Positions 19,562-28,982 of a stretch of DNA of 64,000 bases are shown here, piece by piece (the first letter of the stretch is position 1; each line of letters starts with the position of its first letter). The notes beneath the pieces were generated by a model. It saw nothing but the letters and a program-made list of their open reading frames with translations, did no database searches and had not been told where the DNA came from. Source of the DNA: Longimicrobiales bacterium (GTDB lineage Bacteria > Gemmatimonadota > Gemmatimonadetes > Longimicrobiales > Gaopeijiaceae); assembly GCA_965226375.1 (NCBI GenBank), contig CBDDCX010000008.1:256001-320000 (forward strand), read 5' to 3'. The position numbers and the translations under genes were made by a program.

Positions 19562-20623
19562 ATGCAGAACACCGAGGTGGTGGATCCAGGTACGGCGCTG
19601 ATCGTTTTCGCTTTGGGCACAGTGCTGCTGGCCATCTGCTTTTGGCCGAAGCGGGGGCTCGTGGCATGGGCTCGCAGGGTCACGAGCTCCTCCGAACCTA
19701 TCCGCATGGAGGATGCCCTCAAGCATTTGTATGCCGTGGAGTACCGGGGGCGTCACGCGTCGATCGAGAGCTTGGCAGGTGTCCTGGAGGTGTCGCGGAT
19801 GGTGGCCGCTCGCACGGTCCAGAGACTGACGGAGATGGAACTGGCCGAAGTGCGCGATCAGGCGCCTTCGTTGACACCCGACGGTCGAGACTATGCCATC
19901 CGCATCCTCCGGACGCACAGACTCTGGGAGCGCTATCTGGCCGACCGCACGGGTGTCAGGCCGGAGGATTGGCACGCCTCGGCGGAGGAAGCCGAACACC
20001 GTGTCACCTCCGATGAGGCCGAAGCTCTGGCCGCCCGCCTCGGACACCCGCGGTACGATCCGCACGGCGATCCGATTCCCACCGTGGCAGGCGAGATGCC
20101 GCCTCCCGACGGTGTCGCGCTCAGCACCGTCGAGCCAGGGGCGCAGGTCGTGATCACCCACCTCGAAGACGAGCCACCGGAGCTCTTCGAGCGCATCGCG
20201 GCCATCGGACTCTCCCCACACCTTCGGTTCACGGTGGTAGGGAGAGATCCCGAGAGCGTACACATCAACCTGCGCGGTGAGGAGCTCACGCTGCCGCAGA
20301 TCGTCGCCGGCAATGTGACGGTCCGCCCCCTCGCCGAGGGGGAGACCGTGAATGTCGCGACCGCAACACTCGCGGATCTGGGACCCGGTGAGTCGGCCCG
20401 GGTCATCGGTATTGAAGCACGCTGCCAGGGGCCGCAACGTCGTAGACTGCTCGACCTGGGAATCGTGCCTGACACGGAGATCGTCGCGGAATTCGACAGC
20501 GCGGCCGGGGACCCCATGGCCTACCGCATCCGTGGCGCCCTGATCGCCCTCAGGAGAGAGCAGGCGTCCTGGGTAGAGGTCGAACCGGCGCTCGCCACGG
20601 CTCCTGATCGGATGGTGGTCTGA
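19562..20623 (+). CDS. DtxR-family metal-dependent regulator with an N-terminal TM helix and two C-terminal FeoA domains
   Basis: MEDALKHLY, RTHRLWERYL, AEEAEH, DPHGDPIP; FeoA motifs RRRLLDLGIVP and GDPMAYRIRGALIALRR. Confidence 0.92.
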   Translation: MQNTEVVDPGTALIVFALGTVLLAICFWPKRGLVAWARRVTSSSEPIRMEDALKHLYAVEYRGRHASIESLAGVLEVSRMVAARTVQRLTEMELAEVRDQAPSLTPDGRDYAIRILRTHRLWERYLADRTGVRPEDWHASAEEAEHRVTSDEAEALAARLGHPRYDPHGDPIPTVAGEMPPPDGVALSTVEPGAQVVITHLEDEPPELFERIAAIGLSPHLRFTVVGRDPESVHINLRGEELTLPQIVAGNVTVRPLAEGETVNVATATLADLGPGESARVIGIEARCQGPQRRRLLDLGIVPDTEIVAEFDSAAGDPMAYRIRGALIALRREQASWVEVEPALATAPDRMVV

Positions 20624-20624
20624 C

Positions 20625-22853
20625 ATGGCGACCCTCGCTCTCGATGGGTGCGCGAGCTGCGCGCAACACAGGACCGAAAGCCTCGTTCGCCTCGGTCTGA
20701 GCCCCGATAAGTGGGACTACCTGGTCGCCTTGGCGGGCAACCCCAATACGGGCAAGACCACGGTCTTCAATGCCCTGACGGGACTTCGGCAGCACACAGG
20801 GAACTGGCCTGGAAAGACCGTCGTAAGGGCCGAGGGCGTCTTCCTTCACGAGGACGACAAGGTGAAGGTCGTCGACCTTCCGGGGACCTACTCCCTTCAG
20901 GCCGGGAGCACGGACGAAGAGGTCGCCCGTGACTTCATTCTTTTTGGGCGTCCTGATGTGACCATCGTCGTCGTAGACGCGACGCGTCTGGAGCGCAACC
21001 TCAACCTGGCGCTTCAGATTCTCGAGATCACCGACCGGGTCGTGGTGTGTGTGAACCTGATGGACGAGGCCAGGCGACACGGCATAGCCATCGACCTGGA
21101 TCGACTGAGGAAGGAGCTCGGAGTCCCGGTCGTCGGTACTTCAGCCAGGCAGGGTGAAGGAGTCGACGAATTGATCTCGGTGGCCTTGGACGTGGCGAGC
21201 GGGAAGACCGAGACCCGTCCCTATCGTATCGAAGCTCATCAGGAGGCGGTCGAAACGGCCGTGGCGGATCTGGTGACGGAGCTGGAGGCCGCGTTCCCCG
21301 AACTTCCCAACGCGCGCTGGGTCGCGCTCCGTTTGTTGAACGCCGACGAGGCGGTCGAAGAGGCGGTACGATCGGGCGACCTGGGGCTGCTCATGTCCGA
21401 CTCCGACTCAGAGGCTCTTCCGCCTGACCCGGGCCGACTCGAGGTTCGGCTCGGAGTGTTGAGCCAGGCTTCGGCACTCCGATGGAATCTCCCTCACGAC
21501 TTTCACGACGCCCTGTCGCATCGGCTGTACGGTGTCGCGCAGGAGATCGCGACGAAGTCCCAGGCCAAGGGGTTGAAGAAGGCCAGATTCGACCTTGACC
21601 GCACGCTGGACAAGGTGCTTACGAGCCGTGCGCTCGGTTTTCCGGCCATGCTGCTCATGCTGGCAGCTGTGTTTTGGATCACCATCGCGGGGGCCAACGT
21701 ACCCTCGGCGATGCTCGCCACGTTGCTGATAGACTACGGGCATACGTGGCTCACGGCCTTGGGTACGGCCGTCGGTATGCCTTGGTGGCTCAACGGATTC
21801 TTGTTCGACGGCCTCTATCTGGCCACCGCCTGGGTGATCGCGGTAATGCTGCCGCCGATGGCCATCTTCTTTCCACTGTTCACCCTGCTCGAGGACTTCG
21901 GTTACCTGCCCCGGGTGGCGTTCAACCTGGACGGAATGTTCCGCAGGGTGGGGGCGCACGGTAAGCAGGCCCTCACGATGAGTATGGGATTCGGTTGCAA
22001 CGCGGCCGGCGTGGTGGCCACCCGTATCATCGACAGCCCGCGCGAACGGCTCATCGCCATCATCACGAACAACTTCTCCCTCTGTAACGGTCGTTGGCCT
22101 ACTCAGATCCTCATCGCGACGCTGTTTATCGGTGCGCTCGCCCCACCACACCTGGCCGGACTCGTCTCGGCCGGCGCGGTCGTCGGCATCGCGCTGCTCG
22201 GGATCTTCATGATGTTCGCGGCGTCCTGGCTGCTCTCCAGCACCGTGCTGAAGGGTGAGGCGAGCACGTTCAGCCTGGAGTTGCCCCCGTATCGGCCGCC
22301 ACGGATTCTACAGACGCTCTATACGTCGCTCATCGACCGCACGCTCATCGTGCTGTGGAGGGCGGTCGTGTTCGCCCTACCGGCCGGGGCCGTGATCTGG
22401 CTGGTCTCTAACATCACCATCGGGGACGCGAGCATCGCTGCGCACCTGATCGAGTGGATGAATCCAGCCGGCATGCTGTTCGGCCTGAACGGAGTGATTC
22501 TGTTGGCCTTTATCGTGGCGATCCCGGCGAACGAGATCGTGATTCCCACGGTGCTCATGCTCACGGTGATCACGGCCGGACTGGCCGGCGTGGGTGAACG
22601 AGCCGGTGTCATGTTCGAGTTGGATTCGGCCAACGCCATGGGAGCGATTCTGCAGGCGGGAGGTTGGACGCTGCTCACCGCCGTCTGCCTGATGCTCTTC
22701 AGCCTCCTCCACAACCCGTGCTCGACCACCATCTACACGATCTACCGGGAGACCGGCAGCGTGAAGTGGACCACGGTCGCGACCGTGTTGCCGCTCGCCA
22801 TGGGGTTCGTGGTGTGCTTCGTGGTCGCCCAGGTCTGGAGGCTGTTGGCCTGA
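20625..22853 (+). CDS. feoB: ferrous iron transporter B
   Basis: GNPNTGKT, GNWPGKTV, DLPGTYS, NLMDE, GYLPRVAF, GFGCN, LELPPYRPP, PCSTT. Confidence 0.95.
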   Translation: MATLALDGCASCAQHRTESLVRLGLSPDKWDYLVALAGNPNTGKTTVFNALTGLRQHTGNWPGKTVVRAEGVFLHEDDKVKVVDLPGTYSLQAGSTDEEVARDFILFGRPDVTIVVVDATRLERNLNLALQILEITDRVVVCVNLMDEARRHGIAIDLDRLRKELGVPVVGTSARQGEGVDELISVALDVASGKTETRPYRIEAHQEAVETAVADLVTELEAAFPELPNARWVALRLLNADEAVEEAVRSGDLGLLMSDSDSEALPPDPGRLEVRLGVLSQASALRWNLPHDFHDALSHRLYGVAQEIATKSQAKGLKKARFDLDRTLDKVLTSRALGFPAMLLMLAAVFWITIAGANVPSAMLATLLIDYGHTWLTALGTAVGMPWWLNGFLFDGLYLATAWVIAVMLPPMAIFFPLFTLLEDFGYLPRVAFNLDGMFRRVGAHGKQALTMSMGFGCNAAGVVATRIIDSPRERLIAIITNNFSLCNGRWPTQILIATLFIGALAPPHLAGLVSAGAVVGIALLGIFMMFAASWLLSSTVLKGEASTFSLELPPYRPPRILQTLYTSLIDRTLIVLWRAVVFALPAGAVIWLVSNITIGDASIAAHLIEWMNPAGMLFGLNGVILLAFIVAIPANEIVIPTVLMLTVITAGLAGVGERAGVMFELDSANAMGAILQAGGWTLLTAVCLMLFSLLHNPCSTTIYTIYRETGSVKWTTVATVLPLAMGFVVCFVVAQVWRLLA

Positions 22854-23351
22854 CTAGTTGACCACCTTCATCGCTACGATCTCCACCTCGACGAGCAGGG
22901 CCGGATCGAAAAGGGCCTTGATCTCGACGAACGTGCGGGCCGGCGTCCAACCGCCTTCACCCCGCCGGAAATACTTCGCGTAAGCCCTGTTGAAGCCCGC
23001 GGCATCCATGGTGCCGTCTTCTCCCGCCACACCGTAGACGTGCATCCTGACCACGTTCTGCAGGGACCATCCGCGAGTCTCTAGGCGACGCTTGAACCCC
23101 TCGAGAATGGCTGTGCCCTGAGCTTCCATGTCACCGGCCATGCAGCCGGGATTGCCACGGTCCTGTCTGGAGCATCCTTCCGGGGTGGCGAAGTTGATGG
23201 AGCCGGAGTAGAACAAAGTCTCGGCGTTGGCGGGCACGGTGAAACCGCCGTCGTCGCCTTTCGGAAACTCCTGTGCGGCCGCGTTCATGGGCAGGAGTAT
23301 CGCGAGCATCAGTGCCGCTGCCATCGGTAGCGTGCTTAGGAATTTCGACAT
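22854..23351 (-). CDS. RidA/YjgF-family protein with a signal peptide
   Basis: GFNRAYAKYF, PARTFVEIKAL, LVEVEIVA; N-terminal signal ending AAA-QE. Confidence 0.8.
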   Translation of the reverse strand: MSKFLSTLPMAAALMLAILLPMNAAAQEFPKGDDGGFTVPANAETLFYSGSINFATPEGCSRQDRGNPGCMAGDMEAQGTAILEGFKRRLETRGWSLQNVVRMHVYGVAGEDGTMDAAGFNRAYAKYFRRGEGGWTPARTFVEIKALFDPALLVEVEIVAMKVVN

Positions 23352-23490
23352 TTCTTCCCTCGGGTTTCGGCGTTCAAAGGAGCGTCCTTCGACCATCGTT
23401 TGTCCGGTTGGCAACGGGTCAGATCGACGCCTTGGTTCGGGCGGCTGCTACGGTAGATCGGCATACCTCGAGACACAAGGAGTGACCGGG

Positions 23491-24495
23491 CTAGCCCGCG
23501 CCAAACTCTTCGAACCGTTGATTTCCGATGTGGTAACGCCGCCAGTCCTTATAGTCGAAATGCCACCACTCGGCTTCATACACCGTGAAGTCCTGGGCCT
23601 CCATGGCGTCACGGAGCAATGCCCGGTGCCACCGCTGCCGTGCTGTTCCCCCGGGGTAGTCCGGGAAGGAACGGGGAGACATCTCGTCGTAGCCCCCCGT
23701 CATCGTGATCGGGGTTCCCGTCTCCAGGTCATAGAGCGTGAGGTCGACGGCACAACCACGGTTGTGTCTGGACCCGTTGGCCGGATTCGCGACAAAGATG
23801 CGAAGCTCCTCGGGCGTCGCGTCCCAGAACATCTTGGTCAGGTACCACGGTCGGTACCCATCATGCACCAGCAGACCGTACCCCCGCTCACCGAGCCAAC
23901 GGTTCGCTCGGACCAGGGCCTCGGCGGCGGGACGCTGCAGGAACGCTCTGGGCTCCGAGTAGAAGACCTCGCCCATGAAGTTGTTGGTGGTGGCGTAGCG
24001 GACGTCCAGGGCGACGGTCGGGTCGAGGGTCACGAGCTCCACGAGGTCCGACTCCAGGAAGTCACCCTGTTCCTCCGGGGGAGAAGCGTCGAGGGCTTCA
24101 CTCAACAGCTCGTCGGGCGACCTGATGGGAGTTATGCGGAACGTGCCACCGTCTTCGGCGCCCAAGGATAGACGGTCGAACGTTCGGCCATCGACGGACA
24201 AACTCCCGATTCGGCCGTCGCTGCCCGTCCGGGTCGCAACAAGCGCGGCGGACGCGGTTTCGAACGTGGTGTCGGTCAACGTCGTGAGCTCGAGCCGTTC
24301 GCCACGCCAGAATAGCAGAGTGAGGCTTCCGCCCTCTTCGAGGACCGAAAGGGTATCGGCCTCGTTCGAGTACTCCCCGATGATGGGGCGCAGCGTTGGG
24401 GGGACGTCTGGAGGCGGCCCAGTGGGTCGGCCACCTGCAGTGTCTCCGCCCGTGCAGGCGCCCAGCAAACAAATGACTATCGGGATCTTCTTCAT
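23491..24495 (-). CDS. D-alanyl-D-alanine dipeptidase (M15D, VanX/DdpX-like) lipoprotein
   Basis: RYATTNNF, DGYRP, SRHNRGCAVD, EWWHF; lipobox LGAC. Confidence 0.92.
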   Translation of the reverse strand: MKKIPIVICLLGACTGGDTAGGRPTGPPPDVPPTLRPIIGEYSNEADTLSVLEEGGSLTLLFWRGERLELTTLTDTTFETASAALVATRTGSDGRIGSLSVDGRTFDRLSLGAEDGGTFRITPIRSPDELLSEALDASPPEEQGDFLESDLVELVTLDPTVALDVRYATTNNFMGEVFYSEPRAFLQRPAAEALVRANRWLGERGYGLLVHDGYRPWYLTKMFWDATPEELRIFVANPANGSRHNRGCAVDLTLYDLETGTPITMTGGYDEMSPRSFPDYPGGTARQRWHRALLRDAMEAQDFTVYEAEWWHFDYKDWRRYHIGNQRFEEFGAG

Positions 24496-24722
24496 GACCT
24501 CAATGCTCGGTGCTGTGGGAGACCAGGGCAAGCTGGGGCGTAATCACAGAGGCCGGCTGTACCCTCGACGGGGCAGTGTGTCAGCTTGACCCACTACCTC
24601 ACCGGGCACCCCTTTTTCGGGACTTGCCGGATAGGGTAAGTTCCTGGTCCCGAAACGGGCTCGCGGGATTCGTATTGATCCCGCGCGGTCACCTTTGTTT
24701 TTAGTAGTTCGGAGGTAATACG

Positions 24723-25589
24723 TTGCAAGCCGGTCAGACCATCGAGCGGGATTTGCTCGCCGCTAGGACAAGGGACGGCACCCGCGAGGGGTTCATCATT
24801 CCTATCGGAGGAGCCGAGGAGAAGATCGGGGACACCCGCATTCTCTCCAGCTTTGTCCACCTTTGCGGTGGCGACGAAGCGAACATTGCGATCATCCCCA
24901 CGGCCTCCGAGCTCGAGGACTCCGGCTCGAGGTATGAAGAGGTTTTTCGCCGCATCGGCGTCGAGTCGGCTCGGGCTCTGCCGTTCAACGTCAGGGAAGA
25001 CTGCGAGCGTGAGGACTGGCTCGAGGAGTTGGAGAAGGCCGACGGCATCTTCATGACCGGCGGCAACCAGTTGCGGCTGTCCACCATCGTCGGGGGAACC
25101 CCGGTGGCGAGGGCGATTCGCGCTGCGAGCGCTCGCGGCGTGCACGTGGCCGGGACTTCGGCCGGAGCGGGATTCATGTCGGAACATATGATTGCGTTCG
25201 GCGGCGAAGGCCTTCTCCCACGCGCGGGGCTGGTAACCATGGCCCCGGGCCTGGGACTGACCAACCGAGTCGTCGTGGACCACCACTTCGCGGAGCGTGC
25301 ACGCTTGGGCCGATTGATGACCGCGCTCGGCTTCAATCCGTTCGCCGTAGGGCTCGGACTCGACGAGGATACCGCTGCGTTCATCGGACCTGACGACGTG
25401 CTGAATGTCGTGGGTTCGGGATCGGTCACGGTGGTGGATCCCGCCGACATCGAGTATTCCAATCTTCACTCACGCGATTCAGGCGAGCCCGTCTGCTTGG
25501 TGAACGTTCGGGTGCACTTTCTCGTGGACGGATGGTCGTTCGACCTGAATACGCGGGAAGCTTCTCACAAGCACGTGATGCCCGCGTAA
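24723..25589 (+). CDS. cphB: cyanophycinase
   Basis: IGGAEEK, IIPTAS, TGGNQLRL, GTSAGA, DHHF..R.RLGRL, GLDEDT; GGAGG RBS. Confidence 0.92.
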   Translation: MQAGQTIERDLLAARTRDGTREGFIIPIGGAEEKIGDTRILSSFVHLCGGDEANIAIIPTASELEDSGSRYEEVFRRIGVESARALPFNVREDCEREDWLEELEKADGIFMTGGNQLRLSTIVGGTPVARAIRAASARGVHVAGTSAGAGFMSEHMIAFGGEGLLPRAGLVTMAPGLGLTNRVVVDHHFAERARLGRLMTALGFNPFAVGLGLDEDTAAFIGPDDVLNVVGSGSVTVVDPADIEYSNLHSRDSGEPVCLVNVRVHFLVDGWSFDLNTREASHKHVMPA

Positions 25590-25599
25590 TTCAACGGGA

Positions 25600-26666
25600 A
25601 GGGGGTATTCCCTTAAGTCCACCGACCCCAAGATATAGTGGTTACCGGGGCTCTGCGGGCCGTTTCCCACGTCCGGTGCCGAGGTAAAGGGCCGAAGCTG
25701 GCGTGGGAGCACACTGAACAGCCTGCTCAAGCAAGCGGTAGAACAACAGGCCGCGAGCCCGGGATGTGCGTCGGTTGAAGCGAAAGGTGAACTCGTCCAG
25801 ATAGTAGGGGAGGTGTTCGCGGGCGATCCCTCCTTGGAGGGTTCCGAGGACCCAGCGCTTGAGGAGAGACGCCACCCGATGTACGGCCGACATGAGCACG
25901 TGAGCGGGATCGCCGGAGGTCGAGAGGTTCGTGACCGTGTGGCGAAAGCCCAGTTTGGCGAGTCCCTGATAGCTTGGCCATCCGTCGGTATGCACCGTGC
26001 TTGCCGGTGCGATGCTATCCTTGACGAAGCCTCGCAGAACCGGAGCGGAGAGGTCGGGCACCCAACGCAGCCGTATTCTCCCGATCTTGCGTCCGTCGAC
26101 CTCGGCGGCGATCGCGACGATGGCCTTCTTGATCGTCTCGCGGCCCCGCACTCCAGCCTCCACGCCCCCGACATAGCTCTCGTCCACTTGCACAACGCCG
26201 CTCAGCTGGTCGCGATCCGGTCGGACCATGGCCCGGCGGAGCTTGTGGAGCCAGACCCACGCTGTCTTGTAGCTTCCCAGTCCGAGCACGCGCTGGAGCC
26301 CGAGAGCATTGGCTCCGTATTTCTGGCTCGTGAGCTCCCAGGCAGCGAGAAACCACAGACGCAGGGGCGAGCGCGTGCGGTGGAACACGGTTCCCGCCAG
26401 CACCGAGGTCTGCCTTCGACAGTGTGGGCAGACGAGACGCCCCCGCGATGCTCGCCAGACCTCTCCCAACCCGCCACAGCCCACGCACACAAACCCTTCC
26501 GGCCAGCGCAGACCCTCCACGTACTCCAGGCATGCCGCATCGTCGGGGAAGAACTCGTCCAGCTCCAGCCGCGTACGGGGATAGTCCACGCCGCCACGGA
26601 GCTGAGAAGCCGGAACCGCCATGACCACAACATGTAGTGGGCGGTGGACTTAAGGCAATACCCCAT
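25600..26666 (-). mobile_element. IS1595-family insertion sequence, copy 1 (1067 bp)
   Basis: Terminal inverted repeats A(T/G)GGGGTATT(G/C)CCTTAAGTCCACCG; near-identical to 58696-59762; no flanking target duplication. Confidence 0.95.
25642..26628 (-). CDS. IS1595-family transposase
   Basis: Zinc ribbon CxxC..CxxC, VQVDESY, HTDGWPSY, YLDEFTFRFNRR. Confidence 0.96.
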   Translation of the reverse strand: MVMAVPASQLRGGVDYPRTRLELDEFFPDDAACLEYVEGLRWPEGFVCVGCGGLGEVWRASRGRLVCPHCRRQTSVLAGTVFHRTRSPLRLWFLAAWELTSQKYGANALGLQRVLGLGSYKTAWVWLHKLRRAMVRPDRDQLSGVVQVDESYVGGVEAGVRGRETIKKAIVAIAAEVDGRKIGRIRLRWVPDLSAPVLRGFVKDSIAPASTVHTDGWPSYQGLAKLGFRHTVTNLSTSGDPAHVLMSAVHRVASLLKRWVLGTLQGGIAREHLPYYLDEFTFRFNRRTSRARGLLFYRLLEQAVQCAPTPASALYLGTGRGKRPAEPR

Positions 26667-28672
26667 ATGGGCAGAATAGTGCGGCCGTCGGGACGGTCTT
26701 CCGGCTGTACGTTGTACTCAAGGGGCCCGACCTGGCTCTGGCGCACAGGGACGTGGTCATCGATCCCAACCTGACGACCCCGGCCGACGGTTACGTACAC
26801 GCCATCGGGTACGGCAACGAGCCGATCAAGGTGCGGCTCACGGACGGCTTCGCTTGTGTCAAGTTTGACACACAGGATGAGGGCACCGATAACGCTGCGA
26901 CATGCCTGATCGCGGGCGCGACAAGCTTCGGCTTCGTGACGGATGAGCTCAACACCGAGTTCCACTTCCCGGACGGCAACCCGACCTTCGTTGCCAATTT
27001 CGAGGTCAGCGAGTGCCTGTCTCTGACCGACCCGATCTCGGGTGGCGCATTGGTGGACGTGCCGCTCGCGGACTGCAAGATCACCCTGGACAGTGAGTTG
27101 CCCAGCCTGGACGAACCCGGTCGGATCGAAGTCGATTTCTTCACTGACTCTCGTTGGGACACCGGTCCGTTTTCCGACGCCAGGTTGAATCTCCTCCAGT
27201 TCGACGACGCCGGGGTGGCCGTACTACCGCCCAGCGTGGCTCCGACTCCAAGCTGGTTCGGCACGGCGACGACGGGTCCATCGGCACTCAGATGGATCGA
27301 GAATGGCTTGGGCAGGCTCGCCGCCTTCTTCGGCGTCAAGCCGCTCTACGCGCCGCCGGGAGCCGGGTGGGACTTTACCCGCATGAGCGACTTCCAGATC
27401 GCCTTGATGCCCGTGATGGACCACGGTGTGGGTGGTGGCACAGCCTGTTCGTCCGGGCTGGCAAGCTGCCTGAATCTGGGGACCATCGGTGGTGTCGATC
27501 CTGAGGTTGAGGTGAGCGTAGACGTCACCGCGCCCGACGACAGCGATCCGGGCGGGTCTCCGGGGACCCAGCACTTCGCCGTGCAGGACACGCGGCTGCA
27601 CTTCTTCCCGTCCGATGGTGGATCGGTGGCCTGTCCGACCTCCTCCCCGGCTGGCGAGACGTGCGTTGCGGCGCTCGCGAACGACAATAGCACGATCCCC
27701 GCGAGCACCTGGGATCATGTGGTCGTTATTACCGGCACGAGCGGTACAGGCACCGTTGATTGGACGCTCGCTCCCGGCGCCAATAAGCTGGATGTCTCCG
27801 CCTGTGGTGTGGCACGTCCGGGTGCCTTCGAGGCCAACCCGTCCGACACGATTCCGGATGGCGTGTGGGGCACGCTGGACGACTGCACCGACCGTGAAGC
27901 GGCCCTGACGGCTAGCCCTTCCTTCGACAACGGCCCGGCCGACGGGTTTACTCCGTTCGAGCCGGTGGACACGCGGAGCGAGGTGGCCATCTACGGCTTG
28001 CCGCTGACCTTCGAGGCCAAGACTTGTCCGCAGATCACCGTGGACGGGGTGAAAGGCCTCGGCGGAGCCGAGTGGGATGAGTGCGCGGACACCACCTCGT
28101 TCATCGCGCCACTGAAGGGCAAGAAGAGCACGGTCCCCAACGCCAAGCTCTACACTTATGACGACGGCACCACGTTCTATATGGCGCTCGAGGTGAACAC
28201 GAACGACCTCGGCAACAAGATCTTCATCAACCTGGTCGAGTCGTTTGATGGTGACGACGGAGTAGCGGCAGCAGGTGACGAGTTGCTAGTGCTGGATTTC
28301 GGTGACCTGACTGAGCACCCGTTCGGAGAGGCTTCCGATTGGCACTTCACACAGGCCTGTGTGGGGAACAACTCCAGTAGCCTGTGCGGCGACCCGGACT
28401 CGCCGGGCGGTGACGGCGTCGGCAAAGACGTTGAGGCCGCCGCGACCTCGGATGGTTCTCCCTCGGGCGTGTTTTACGAATTCAGCCGTCCGCTTGGGAG
28501 CTTGAACGACGGCGAAGGTGACACCGCCAAGGAGGATCTGTTCGTACCGGTCAGCAAGATGCTCGGCCTACGCCTAAGAGTCACCCAGGGGAAGGGAGGC
28601 GGTAAGGGAGGCTTCGTCTATCCCGATCCGCAGACCAGCCCGGTCATCTACCACAAGTTCACCATCAACTAG
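26667..28672 (+). pseudogene. large Cys-rich acidic surface-type protein with a DOMON/CBM9-like C-terminus, 5'-truncated by the IS
   Basis: The frame stays open from 26753 back to the IS end (YGQNSAAVGTVFRLYVV...), with no signal peptide; ITVDG..EWD..FYMALEV..YEFSRPL. Confidence 0.65.
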
Positions 28673-28722
28673 GTGCTCCCCCAAGGGGCGTGTCCTGAGG
28701 ATCGGATGCGTTGCGGCGCCGG

Positions 28723-28758
28723 CGGCCCCGGAGAGTTTCTCTCCGGGGTCGTTTTTTT
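28723..28758 (+). terminator. Rho-independent terminator
   Basis: CGGCCCCGGAGAG-TTT-CTCTCCGGGGTCG followed by T7. Confidence 0.85.
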
Positions 28759-28982
28759 ATGGGACTCTCTAGGCGACGTTTCCGCGGTATGTGAGCGGAC
28801 TTTGTCTAGGACTTAGTCTCCTGATGTGACGTTCCGCGGCTCCACCCGCGTGGAGGCGTTACCGGTCAGCCACACCTCGTCACGTGGCGACCTCGACTTG
28901 CCCGATACGTCCACGAAGGCCCACGTTGATCGGGTTGCCCCCGCTTGAGGCCCACACCACCGACGCACCGTGGGAGGCTCCG

